Of a DNA stretch of 64,000 nucleotides, positions 27,900-40,922 are shown piece by piece. A program made the position numbers and the translations under genes. Source of the DNA: Octopus bimaculoides (taxonomy: Eukaryota). The DNA lies in contig NC_068988.1 of assembly GCF_001194135.2 (NCBI RefSeq), forward strand, positions 64,949,692-65,013,691, given 5' to 3'. Below the pieces are notes generated by a model that did not search any database, was not told where the DNA came from, and saw nothing but the letters and a program-made list of their open reading frames with translations. Within the stretch, counting starts at the first letter, position 1; the number at the start of each line of letters is the position of its first letter.

Positions 27900-28110
27900 G
27901 AAAGGGTGTAGGGTTAGACAAATTTTAAGAAGCATGGAACTTAGGAAAGATGCAGTGTTCTGGCAGTTAATAATAGAGTCTGGTAGTTTATTCCATGCTT
28001 CATCAATTCTGAATGTGAAAGAATGTTTCCAAGAGTTATGGGTGCTGCGCTGTTTTTTTGATTTTTGTAAACATATCCATGAGTGGTAGAGATACTGAAT
28101 CCAAAAAGGA
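27900..28110 (-). mobile_element. CR1/L2-group LINE 3' fragment
   Basis: KHSFTFRIDEAWNKLPDSIINCQNTASF matches the FxxRVxxxWNxLP...SF ORF2 tail. Confidence 0.7.
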
Positions 28111-28113
28111 AGC

Positions 28114-28606
28114 CATCTGAACATGGCTGACGCCAGTACCCACTGACAGTCCCCTATGCTGGTGGCACGTAAAAAGCACCATCCAAACGTGGCTGATGCC
28201 AGTACCCACTGACTGGCTCCCATACCAGTGGCACGTAAAAAGCACCATCCAAACGTGGATGATGCCAGTACCCACTGACTGGCTCTCATGCCGGTGGCAC
28301 ATAAAAAGCACCATCCGAACGTGGCTGATGCCAGTACCCTCTGACTGGCTCCCATACCAGTGGTACATAAAAAGCACCATCCAAACGTGGATGATGCCAG
28401 TACCCCCTGACTGGCCCCCATGCCAGAGGCACCTAAAAAGCACTCACTACACTCTCAGAGTGGTTGGCATCAGGAAGGGCATCCAGCTGTAAAAACATTG
28501 CCAGATCAGATTGAAGCCTGGTGCATCTGCTGACTCTCCAAACCTCAGTCAAACCATCCAACCCATGCCAGCATGGAAAACGGACGTTAAATGATGATAA
28601 TGATGA
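28114..28606 (+). mobile_element. Family C retroposon ((GAT)n tail, RTE-like 3' end) with five internal 66-bp tandem units
   Basis: 5 x CATCCAAACGTGGCTGATGCCAGTACCCACTGACTGGCTCCCATACCAGTGGCACGTAAAAAGCAC (28114-28443), then the tail ..CCAACCCATGCCAGCATGGAAAACGGACGTTAAATGATGAT. Other copies at ~7915-8243 (-), 10020-10520 (+), 21745-21905 (+), 51095-51263 (+) and 55312-55590 (-). Confidence 0.8.
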
Positions 28607-29415
28607 GTGGTGGATTGACAGAATCGTTTGTGTGTTAGACGAAATTCTTTGTGGTATTTGTCCTAGATCTTTACGTTTTAAGTTCACATCCTACAGTGTT
28701 CTCTAACTCTAAATCAGATCAGCCCCTAACATTGACCAAGATTTTACATAAGGAGCACCAACAAACATGTATATATATACAAACACAATAGCTGCAGGCA
28801 TGTGTGTTTGTGTGTGTTCACATGCATACACATATGAAGACAACAAGAAATATAATTAGGTGTGTCTATGCAATAAAAAGCGTCAGGCACATTAATAAAT
28901 ACCCATTTTGTACTATCATTAACTAAATTACTAACAACAAATTTGACAAATCATAAGTTACCAAAAGAAAACAAAAACAATCTCGGTATTTACTACATTC
29001 TTATTTTTAACACACACACACACGCATATATATATGCTTACATATATATATTTTTTTAACACTTCCTTTTTAAATCTTTTCATTTTTCTAAATATTTGGT
29101 TACATACAAATGGATTTTCTCTTTGAATTCTATGAATGATAAAATTATTGGTTTTGCTACAAAGGCAAAGAAATTTTTTTTTTTAAATGTATATACACCA
29201 TATATACATACATATATATATATGGGAGTATGTGTACACACACACACACACACACACAAATATATGTGTGCATATTTAACAGTTTGAAAGTAAAAGAAGC
29301 AAAAGATAGAATAGACTTTGTTTCTACAAATTAATCTTTAACATTGGAATTTATTCGATAAAGCAGAAAAGAAAATTAAATTAACAAAAGACAAATCTTT
29401 TAAATGAACAAAAAC

Positions 29416-29460
<45 letters not shown>

Positions 29461-29834
29461 TGTTATTTAAACTGTTATTGATTATTTTTTTACATTATTC
29501 ATGTAACATTATTCAAATGCTATTTTACATGCCTCAGCCTATATATATATACATATATATATATGTATATATATATATATGTGTGTGTGTATCAATTGTT
29601 ATGTTAAATGCTTCTTTATTTCAGGTAATACCCTCTTTCCTTCCTTCCTTCCACATCCTTATTTCATTGGGGTTTTTTTTTCTCATATGACATGTATTTG
29701 TTGTATGTTTGTGCTTTGTGTCAGCAGTGTGTATGCACAAGCATGTATATATATATATATGTATACATATATATGTGTGTGTGTGTGCATATACTTATAA
29801 GAGCATGCACACATAGATACACATGCATACACTT

Positions 29835-29872
<38 letters not shown>

Positions 29873-30485
29873 TCACTCTGTTCAGCTGAAGGTAAAGAAA
29901 CAAATAGACCATGAAACAATATTAGAATACACACACACATATATCAATTCTTTAATATATGTAAATTAAAAAATATATGTATATATATTTTTTACTTAAC
30001 TTTAAAAAGATAATTCCACACAACAAACAACATACACATATACCTACACACACTCATATATATATGTGTGTGTCTGTGTTTGTTTGTATGTATGTATGTA
30101 TTTATATATACACACATCCATACAGGAATACACAGCAACAACTACAATAATACAATACAAAGCATATTCAACAAGACAGACTCCCAAAACCTCACCCCCC
30201 ACAAAAGCCCTTTCCCTCTATCCCTGCCTCCCATCCAAATCCCAATTTGGCTGCTGGCTGCATTTTGACTAAAAAGCGTGTTTGTTTGCTTGCTTTTTAG
30301 TTTCTATTTGTTGTGGATTTTATTGTTGAGTGACATAATTTTATATTATTCCGTCTGTGGCGTATATGCACATATTTTCATTATTGTTTGCTTGTGTTCA
30401 TATTGCCCGGTGTTGTTTAGAAAAAAAAAATAATTATTATAAAAATCATCTTCAGTGCTTTCGAGTGTGTGTGTGTGTGTGTGTT

Positions 30486-30521
<36 letters not shown>

Positions 30522-30681
30522 CATATATACACACACTCACACACACACATATATATATACATATATGTAGATATATATATACATATATATATGTCATATA
30601 TTATAGATAGATATATCAATATATTATGCATACATCGTATATATATACATACACACACATACATTCCTATATATGTATATT

Positions 30682-30714
<33 letters not shown>

Positions 30715-30728
30715 GCATGTATGTATGA

Positions 30729-30786
<58 letters not shown>

Positions 30787-30798
30787 GATATATATGTA

Positions 30799-30838
<40 letters not shown>

Positions 30839-30904
30839 GCTATCCTAGAACACAAGTCACTTGTAATGGAAGTATTGATAGGATATATTTTCTTAGCAAC
30901 ATCA

Positions 30905-30937
<33 letters not shown>

Positions 30938-30938
<1 letters not shown>

Positions 30939-31260
30939 TGAGTAAAGAGGTTGAAAAAATCACCAACTACTCCAAATTGGAAGTGGAAATGGCAAGACTG
31001 TACGGAATGCAAGAGGGTAATGTAAAAGTAATACCAGTGGTGATCGGAGCATTGAGATCAATCCCATTAAAACTTCAAGACTTCTTAAGGCAACTGGAAA
31101 TCCCATGCAAGATTGATGTCTTGCAAAAAGCAGCCTTATTGGACACAGCGCACATCTTAAGGAAATTATTATCTGTCTGAGGTCCTTGTTGTAACTTGAC
31201 AGATGACTAAAGATTCCGGTGCAGTTTTACCTACACTGTGTTACGAAGGAATAAAAGTAA
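30938..31260 (+). mobile_element. 5'-truncated R4/Dong-clade non-LTR element after an (AAT)n tract
   Basis: [80 protein letters not shown] (stop 31178-31180), preceded by (AAT)n at 30905-30937. Confidence 0.82.
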
Positions 31261-31903
31261 TGAGTATGGTAATAAAATTTATTGATATATAATTTACTGA
31301 TGCAATAATAATGCACCCACCAAAATATACCATCTAATACAGTTGGATATCATGACATATTGAGACTCAATATCTGTTCTATTTAGAACAGATCAAATTC
31401 TTTGGAAAATACAAAGATGTTTCATTATGGCTTGATTATAAGTTTGAAAGGCAACAGCAAAAAGCATTTAGTTCCATACTGCACAATGGAGGGAATAATA
31501 ATTGTAGTAATTATAACAGTGATTAATATATTATACACTGTTCTTAATGATTTCATTGACTTTTCATGAACCTCATTAAGGAAAGTAAATTTGGTGAATT
31601 GAATCAGTAAGTTGTCATAGTTCTGTGCTTCAGTAGTAATCGTCTTTTAGCATAAGCACTGCCTGAGAGTTGACTGGGCATAGCAATATGTTGATGCAGG
31701 ACAAAGTATTCTGTCCAAAACAATATAATGGACTTGCAATTCACAATCAGGTATTCTGATATTTATCCTTTCTACCTAGGTGGATGAAGGACAGATAGCC
31801 AGATAGATAAAATAGATAGAATGAATTGATAGATAGACTTGTAATAAGAGAGTGGTTGAATAAGGTGTCAGGTGAAACTTAGCCTCAACTATAACATATT
31901 TCA

Positions 31904-31934
<31 letters not shown>

Positions 31935-32062
31935 TTAACAACTGGAATACTTTTTCTGAAAATAGATTTAATCCCTTCATGAAAACTACAGTGTAAAATT
32001 TAAGCAATCTCATATTTTTACAAACTATTTAACAACCAAGTCATTTGTGAGATATTAGATGA

Positions 32063-32094
<32 letters not shown>

Positions 32095-33849
32095 CATTGA
32101 AATATATTTTAGAAATAAGAGAGCACAATAAATAGAAGAAAACAGACTAAAAATAACAAAAGGAAAAAAAAAACAATACACATATCAACTTAACATAGTT
32201 CAAAGATTCTAAATATTTCTACGTAATTTTAACATTTCTTTTCAGTCAGTTTTATGCTAAAAAAAAGGTATTCTATGCTTCACTAAAGGAAGAGAAAAAG
32301 GTCCAAATATAATTTGGTTTTTGGAGGGGTTTGTTTCTTAGATGAAGTATGTTTCGCATAACAGTAATGGAAACAAGTTCAATTTATTTACTAGAAATTT
32401 TAATTTAGGGGTAAAAAATTTCTTAGAAAATAAGACATTATCACAGAATAACAATGAAGAAGTTCTTCTATTATTAATATCTTGATGACTATACAGATCA
32501 TAATCTAATAAAGTACAACAGGGTAGTCATTTATTTGGGAATAGGGATTAAACATATAGGAAGATATGTTGCCAAACTTTTGTAGTCATTACATCATTTT
32601 CTCTGGCAAATTCAGAAACAACAATAATTCCATCCTCTAACTTACCATTTTTACAGAAATCTTTTAGTTTTCATTTTTGTTGATTTTTTTTTTCATTTTT
32701 TTTTTTTCTCACCAAATATAGTTAGATATGTTTGTATAATGTTCAGTTAGCTATTTTACTATAAATGGAGAATGTTATCTAACATGTAGAAAAAGATACA
32801 TACACACACTGGCACATGTTAAAACACACACAAATGTATATATGCATACATATATTTGCATATATTTTTATGTCTATATATATATATACACATGTATAAA
32901 TTTGTGAGTATGTGTATATAAACCTATATATAAATAAACATATGTATAAATTTGTGTGAGTGTATGCATGTTTATATTCACCTACACCTGTATGTGTGTA
33001 TAAGTATATATGTACACACATATATATATACATGCATAATTATGTTTACACACACACTTATATACATATGAGTGTTCACACACACACACCCACAAACACA
33101 CACACATGTTCAAAACTGACAAGAATGGCAACAAAGAAGATGGTGATAACAAGGTGTATTTATTTGTTTGATGAACAATTAAGGAAGAAGAAATGACTTT
33201 GATATTTCAAGCTTAAGCCCTTCAGAAAGTTAGGTGATTAAAGGAAGGAAAGAAAAGAATAGTGATGGAGAAGTCTGTGTTATTCTGTGTTAAGCTACGT
33301 AATATATACATATAATTTATAGGTAATCTAAGAATCCATAAGCCAGAACAAATAGGCACTCCTATTTATCAATAGACTGGGTATTTAATCTAAGTATACA
33401 GCATTATAGATTCATTTCAGTCAATCTTACTTATCAGTTTCATACAGGATATTAGGTAACAGGATATTAGATAACTAAAACCACATGCTCTTCAGAGGTG
33501 ACAGGTATAAAAAAAAATATGGTGCTGCTCTCTGTTGTTGGAGGTGATAAAATGTCATATCCAATTTGCTGGTGTTGTGAAAAAAGAAAATGAAGTCATG
33601 GGAGACAAACGAGTAGGACATTTATCAAGTTATGTCCTTTGGCCCCAAAACACTTGAGTTTGATGTAAAGTAGCAAGAGTCTGGTGGATGAAAACATGTG
33701 CAGGAGGAGATTAAGGTGTTATGTGTGTAGAAGGAGAGATTGGGTGTATATGTGTGTTCATTTGTGTATAATTTGGTAAAAGTCTTTGCTGGATTCCCAG
33801 GATATAATGTTGGGAGGGCCAGTGGTAGAGAATCTAGTGATTATAGCCT

Positions 33850-34190
33850 TGATGAAGCCTGTTGGTAAGCTAATATATACCTTCTCTCATGTGGGCACAT
33901 GCTAAAATATCTTGTTCCTGCAGTTTAGGTAGATGTCTTGGTGCTGAGAACTTTTTAATATAATTCTTTTCTCAGCTAAATATGACCTGCATTTTCTGCT
34001 GTTATTAAAAAAAGGTTTTCCCTTTTCTAAGCTTTTCCTCTTGATGTTGTAATCCATGGCACTTTCTTTTAACAACCATAACTGTCTAGCCAGGGCTGTG
34101 ACAATGCCTTTCTCTTGCATATCGAAGGAAGATTTATGGTTGTTGAATCTGGTCTTGAAACAATCATATGTAAGGCACAAATAACATGAA
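33850..34190 (-). mobile_element. Penelope-like element GIY-YIG endonuclease relic
   Basis: CLTYDCFKTRFNNHKSSF..TALARQLWLLKE..KCRSYLAEKRIILK..LNCRNKI resembles the Penelope GIY-YIG C-terminal half (FKxRxxNHxxSF..TxLSxxxWxLK..CxLCLxEK..LNxRxE). Confidence 0.75.
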
Positions 34191-35439
34191 AGGGCCTCAA
34201 TGGACAGTCAAATGTGCAGAAGTATGTGAATGCAACAGAATGTTCTTTCACACACATGTATGTATGTGTGTGTATATACATTAATAATAGCCACCAGGCT
34301 GAGTAAGATTCTAGTATGCACATATTAAATTAAAATAGCCATCTATGTATCATACTTAATGAATACACACTGCACTGCACTATTTGCACTGCACTATTTG
34401 CTGACATGGGTGGATGGTATTTTTTGAGGCAGAATTCTATGGCCAGATGCCCTTCCTGTCACCAACACTCACTTGTTTCCAAGTAAGGTAATATCTCCCC
34501 ATGACCGGACATGTTTTCACAGAAAATTAGAAATGTACACTGCTTGTATGACTGATACTCATTTACAACCATCCTGTGAAGTCTACACAAGGAGACAGTA
34601 ACACACACACACACACACACACACATACTCAGCAGGCTTCTTTCAGTTTTTATCCACCAAATCCATCATAAGGCTTTGGTCAGCTTGAGGATATAGTAGA
34701 AGACACTTACCAAAAATAAAATGCAGTGGAATTGAAACTGAAACTATTTGGTCAAGAATCAAACTTCCTACCAAATCGCCACGCCTGCATTTATGTATGT
34801 ATACAAATTATAAACATATAGACTACATGCACACACATATATATAGCATTTCATATCTGCCTAGTTGCAAATGTCCCACAAGCTTGCTATGAAGAAAAAA
34901 ATGACTTCCAAGTAATTATAATGCTAGGTAACCAAATGTTGAAGGATTTGATCTGGATTTTAAACTAACAGAAGTCAACTTTCCATCTGTGATATGAAAT
35001 TCATTTACTAACATGCAATATATATTGTTACAAATTTATATATAGATAGATACTTATATGCTTACATGTAAGTGTATATATGCACGCACAGACATGAGTA
35101 CATGCTAAGTCTATGCATATACATAAAGTATGCATATCTAGGAATATACATATTTATGTGTGTATAGGTATATATATATTTGCTTATACAAATGTACATT
35201 TTGTTGTACATTTATGTGTACATATATATATATACATAATACTTGCATATACATGCATGCATGTGCATATATATATATATATATATATGTACATACATAC
35301 ACATAAATATATATATATATGCAGATATGTGTGTGTATGCATATATATAAATATTCTAGTCTATCATCAATTTTAGCCAGTGACTGTGGCCATGCTGGGG
35401 CATTGCCACTAGTGTTAATGCTCTCTTATTTTAGACTCA

Positions 35440-35870
35440 TTTCTTGGCCGTCTCCAGAATCAGTCTTGGTGAAGTGAGTTGGACAGAGCTTCCCTTGTGT
35501 TCCTTGATGTGATATGGGTTAATCTGATACATCAGATAAAAATTTGTCTAATTGTTCATTGAACACGTCCATATCTACACTGTTTAGATCTCTGAAGCCT
35601 TTTAGAAAGGTATTGAAAAGATATGGATCTTTATACCCTAAACTGTTACAGTACTGGGTCTTTACTCTAATGGAGAGGGTGGGATCTTTGATATTATGTA
35701 ATAGAATCCAGTTCAGTGATTGGTATAGCTTGCAATCCCAAAGTACATATGGAAGACTTCCATATGTATATCAGTGCATATCTTTTGAGTCCTTTCTCCA
35801 GGGTATAGAGCCTCAGCTTTTTTAGACATTTCCGGTAGGTTGATCGGTGCCCTGAAGTAGTAATCTTGGT
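35440..35870 (-). mobile_element. CR1-group LINE ORF2 3' relic
   Basis: Minus strand reads LKKLRLYTLEK..RYALIYIWK and CNSLGYKDPYLFNTFLKGFRDLNSVDMDVFNEQLDKFLSDVSD*, with frameshifts and stops between the two. Confidence 0.72.
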
Positions 35871-36712
35871 GTAGTAGTGTTGGATTACCTCAAGTTCTGC
35901 TGTTAATTTGGTGCCTTACAGCAACTGTAATTAAAAGAAATGATCCAAGTAACTTGGCACAAATGTTTTCTATAGGGGCAACATGGTTTCTTTTTCCATG
36001 CTCTAAACGATCTCAGAATTCAACCACTCAGTTATATGCACTTTGCATATATATATATATTTGTGTAAACATACAAGATGAAGGATTAAGAAATATGTTT
36101 CTATTTGTATACAATGCCAGGAGTATTAAATCTCTCTTGTAGAGAGTTACTTAGTGGATGCATCATTAGAGAGGCTAGCAATAATATATCTGAGGAAGTA
36201 TGTTTATATCATAGATGTGTGTGTATAGACATGTGTCAGTCTTGTTTTCAAGTTAATCTGAATGGCATTGATTTACATGTGTGTATGTATGTGTGTGCAT
36301 GTGAGAGAGAGAGACAAATAGACTATTTCATCAGACATATACTCAAGAATATTGACCTGCCATTACATCGTTGTAAAGAGCCAAAATCAAATATCAAACT
36401 CATGCTGTGATTTAACACCAGCATCTTTCCCTCAAATAAATACATACATACATACAATCATATATACATACACACACAGACAAATATATACATATATATA
36501 AATATATACATACACACACATACAGTTACACATGCAAGCACACACAGAAATAAACTCCTTATATACCTATATCTATGTATGTACACAACGATAGCAGAAG
36601 AATCTGTTTGAAAAGGTATGTGAAATGAAAAGAGCAAGCGCCAGAATATGGAAAGAAACAGGGAAATCTTTTGGTCGGCTAGCTGAACTTGTTTTTGTTT
36701 TTCTGCCATCAG

Positions 36713-36840
36713 GTTTTGTTAGCTTTGACAATCCAGCCAGTGCCCAGGCTGCTATACAAGCCATGAATGGATTTCAAATTGGAATGAAACGCCTGAAGGT
36801 ACAGTTGAAGCGGCCAAAAGATGCAAATCGCCCCTATTAG
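36713..36840 (+). CDS. CELF4: CELF exon F (RRM3, second half, stop codon)
   Basis: Acceptor ctgccatcag|. (G)[41 protein letters not shown] is the canonical CELF3-6 C-terminus. Phase matches exon E across a ~19-kb intron. Confidence 0.98.
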
Positions 36841-36860
36841 AACGTCTTCTTATCAAATTA

Positions 36861-36873
36861 GAAAATGGTAAGT
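36861..36873 (+). promoter_or_regulatory. Consensus 5' splice donor 27 nt after the CELF stop codon (candidate 3'-UTR intron)
   Basis: gaaaatg|GTAAGT with the intron starting at 36868; perfect donor hexamer. Confidence 0.65.
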
Positions 36874-37630
36874 AAGGGTTAAAAGTTATTTACAACATAA
36901 CAACAAAAAAAGAATGTTATTTACACAAAGTATAAAGAAATATTTATATATATATATACATATAACAACGCTCACCTAAAAACAATATTCGTATACCATA
37001 CAAACTCTAACGAAAGCCATTCGAGCGAGAAGAATAAAAAGAGAACGACGGAAAAATGGACATTCACCAAAATTTAAGAAAAGGAATAAAAAGCATAAGC
37101 AGCAGCTTTCACAGTGGCCTGTATTTTATATAGGTTTTGTACTATATCACAATTGATATATATATATTTGTACAATATCGAAAATTTACAAAGCAATTTA
37201 TGATAACAAGGAGGATAACTCTTTGTGTCAAACAAATTTGTAAGAAAAATATAGTATGAATTACTTCCCTTCGTTGAAAAAAAAATCTGCTTCCATTTTT
37301 ATTGAATATTTTTAAAAATCTACCACCACCACCACCACCTTCACCACCAACACCACATATGTTGTTATAAAGGTTTTATTTTTTATTTTTTTCCATTTTA
37401 TTTTTATCCTGAAATCCATTATAAACTTTCAAAACCAGAGCTAGGAAACATGCGAAAGTTTATATATACTTCTTTCTAGAGAGTTCCATTTGGTTTATAT
37501 ATGTGTATGTATATATATATATACATAATCATTGAGGCGTTACTGTTGTTTCATTTTGTATTTTTTTAGAAATAAATTCGAGTAAAATATATTTCCTCAT
37601 TCATATGTATTTCAACAAACTGGTGTAAAC

Positions 37631-37636
37631 AATAAA
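37631..37636 (+). promoter_or_regulatory. Candidate proximal polyadenylation signal of CELF
   Basis: AATAAA ~790 nt after the stop, at the end of a TE-free AT-rich UTR-like stretch. Other AATAAA hexamers exist nearby, so this is tentative. Confidence 0.35.
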
Positions 37637-39901
37637 AGTATTTTAAAAAAATAAATATTGAGAGATGGCACAAGTGTGAGGACTCCAGGTAAAGAACACT
37701 TACAAAGAATTCGCATAGGTAGCTGCAACTTTAAAGATATCAAGCTACAAAGAGATGCAATTTAAACAAAAGGACTCCACAATGGGATTATATATTCATT
37801 CAACATAAGTTGCACAATGTAGGGAATTATTATCAGACAAAAATTAAATTGATAATGGTATATGCACAGACACTTACCAGTGGTGCTTCATGTAGAGTGC
37901 AATTAGGTGCATCAATATTGTCATACAATAGATTTGAGCACTGTCTCATAAAATAAAACAAATGTTACGTGTGTGTATGAATGCTTGTATAGTCAATGTA
38001 TGATGTGTGTTAACCAGAAGGTGAAATGTTAACAATTGGAAGAGTGTAATTTTAATAAAGAAGACATTGTGAATATACATTCCACCCTTGATCAATTAGG
38101 TATATGCAGCACATGTATATATGATACCAGAGTCTAATAACTGCAATGATAGAGTTATTTAATATGAAGATAAATGCGTTTTAATTGAAAAACAAACAGG
38201 GATGCAATAATAATCAAATAACACACCTTGTAGCATATAAGAATATTATTTGTTGTAATATATTTCTGGTCTTATGCTAAAATAGGTACAACATTCAAGT
38301 AGGAGAAAACCAGTTATAATCATTATACAAAACGTGTAATTCATAGCATGCTGTGAATCTAAATGATACTCCCCTAGATGGAAATCAGTCTTTCCATTGA
38401 TATTAGCTTGTTCTCTCCAAATATTTAAAGCAGTTAACACTTTTGATACCAACATACTTAAAATTCCTTTCTGGATTTTTTAATACAAAAGATCAAAAGC
38501 TTTTTAATTTAAATTTTAAAAAATCATTCATCAAAATTTTATAACAGAATTTCTTTTTGCTGAATAATGAAGTTAGTGACTTTAATTTTAAATCGTTGAT
38601 ATAGCAGCTTCCCTGAAGTCACATTACAAGAGGAAAGAAAACATTGCCTTTGAATTCAGTACATTACAAGAAAATACTGAAGGAGAAAAGGGGGATTTCT
38701 TATATAGGAATTATTCTTTATTAATTTGAAAAGATTAAGTGTTTGTTTGACAGTTAAAAACTTTAACCTTTGAAATTAGAAATGTCAGGCAAGCAGATCA
38801 GGAATTATTTAATGAAAAAAGCAAGATGGCTATTGTAATAGTAATAATAACAATAATTGTAATCATGGATGGGATAAAGGGTTGCAAAAGAAAAATTAAT
38901 TTTTAACTGACAAAATCCTTTATCATTATGGGGGAAGGAGTCAAGTATCTCGTATGTATATATGGGTCTATACATGTTTTTGTAGTTGGGAAGGGAATGT
39001 GCGTTGGTATGTGTTGTTTGTGTGTTTTAAATTTGTGAATGATTGTCTTTTCTTTTTCTCACATTTATCTACTCACACACAAACACACTCGAAAAAGACA
39101 CATGCTTACACATGAAAAGCAAAACAATTTCTTCATTTCATTCAGGTAAACTTTAAGAACACATCTTTCAGAAATCTAAATAAATACATTTAACATACAG
39201 GATCAAAATTAATTATACACATTAACAGCTGCCATTAGACCACATTTTTGTTTTATATACATACATATAGATATCTATAATCACCATCTCTACATAGAAC
39301 TTAAAGACTAATTTGGTGTGAACATCATCGAAATATTCAAGAGTAACTTAAAATAAACAGTTGTGTGTTGCTGAACACATTCCTTTTTCTTTCACATTTT
39401 TATTGTCGCTATTGTTTTGTTCTTATTGTATGTAAGAGTGTGTATAATTGAGAGTGCATATTTCATACAAAAACAAGGAATATCTGCAAACATAATTCAG
39501 GTTACAAACTAAGTGCCAAGTATTCTAGTTTGATGACATTAATACATAAGAACAAATAGAGGTTGGCAATGTATAATCTAGCATTGTCAAGATGAATTAG
39601 GCTAAACACATGCATAGATATATATACACATACACATACATATATATATAGATATATGAATGTATGCTAATATGTGTGTGTGTATATATATATGTGAATG
39701 TATGTGCATATATATGCATGTATGTGCATATGTGAGTATGGAGATATATGTATGTGTGTGTGTGAATATATGTATAGATGTACAAATATGTACATATCTA
39801 CGCATATGTATATATACACACGTGCATACAGGCACACTTCTACCACACAGTTTCAATCGTTTTTTTTTATCAAAAGTGAAGCATCAACTCATTGTGTGAG
39901 T

Positions 39902-39950
<49 letters not shown>

Positions 39951-40045
39951 TTATACATACATTCACACATTAATATACACATGTTTATATACACATAGAT
40001 ATATATACATGTATGTATATATTACATCTATTGTTGTTTATTGCA

Positions 40046-40149
40046 TACTAACCATTATTTTATGTTCCACTAACTGCTACATTGGTGTTTGGTGTATAAC
40101 AATGTAATAATAGTAGCTATAGTCAGTCAGTCCACTAACTTCTCTCTCT

Positions 40150-40209
<60 letters not shown>

Positions 40210-40660
40210 TGGTGTTTGGTGTATTACAGTGTCTTTATTAGTAGCCATACTCAGCCAGTTCCCATACTGCTCATTTGGTGTTTGGTGTATTATTTAGTAG
40301 CCATACTCAGTTATTAATATAACTGTTTCTATTGGTGTTTGGTGTACAGTACTCTATTTAGCAGCCACAGACAGCCATTTTTCTCTCTTCTATATATATA
40401 TCTATATATATATATCTATTTGTTATATTGGTGTTTAATGTATTACAGTGTATTAGTAGCCATATTCACTGATGCCACTTACTAACTGCTATATTGGTAT
40501 TTGATGTATAAACAGTGTGTTAACAGCCATACTCAGATGTTTTACTAACGTACTTTGGTGTTTGGTGTACATTTTTATACTCTCTTAGTATTTACTATCT
40601 TTAATTTTCATTTTTTTTCTCCTCTTTTTGATATATTGGTGTGTTTTTTTTTTGTATATT
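40046..40660 (+). repeat. Degenerate 8-unit motif array (TTGGTGTTTGGTGTA / TAGTAGCCATACTCAG / ACTAAC)
   Basis: Perfect TTGGTGTTTGGTGTA at 40082, 40209, 40275, 40332, 40555; degenerate copies at 40428, 40494, 40636. ACTAAC at 40047, 40069, 40134, 40481, 40544. Confidence 0.9.
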
Positions 40661-40689
40661 TAGCTATGTATAATTAATAATATCAACTA

Positions 40690-40712
40690 TTTTTAAATTG
40701 TATTTCCTTCAG
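40690..40712 (+). promoter_or_regulatory. Candidate 3' splice acceptor for a non-coding terminal CELF exon starting at 40713
   Basis: tttttaaattgtatttccttcAG|agaatc: good pyrimidine tract and CAG, in TE-free sequence directly after the motif array. Confidence 0.45.
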
Positions 40713-40875
40713 AGAATCTGAAGAAAGCCATTTCTAATGTTTCTATGTTTCCTATATTTCTGATGATCATGTCTCATCTATGTATCTATGAATGTATGTT
40801 TGTATGTAATTCTGTGATTTATACTATATGTATCCAGTCCAGCATTCCATTCTACTCATTTCTACACACATCTGA

Positions 40876-40922
<47 letters not shown>

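Noticed and set aside
27759-28492. 220-aa ORF with 22-aa repeats
   Set aside because: It joins a 66-bp tandem array in a retroposon to a LINE tail fragment; no gene features.
25579-33196. Many ORFs rich in YI, HT or CV dipeptides (also at 17308-18121, 39597-39973, 58734-59264)
   Set aside because: These are translations of (TA)n, (CA)n and (TATG)n microsatellites, not genes.
40046-40660. miRNA hairpin cluster
   Set aside because: The TTGGTGTTTGGTGTA and TAGCCATACTCAG motifs are not complementary enough by eye to form ~20-bp stems; folding would be needed to exclude this fully.
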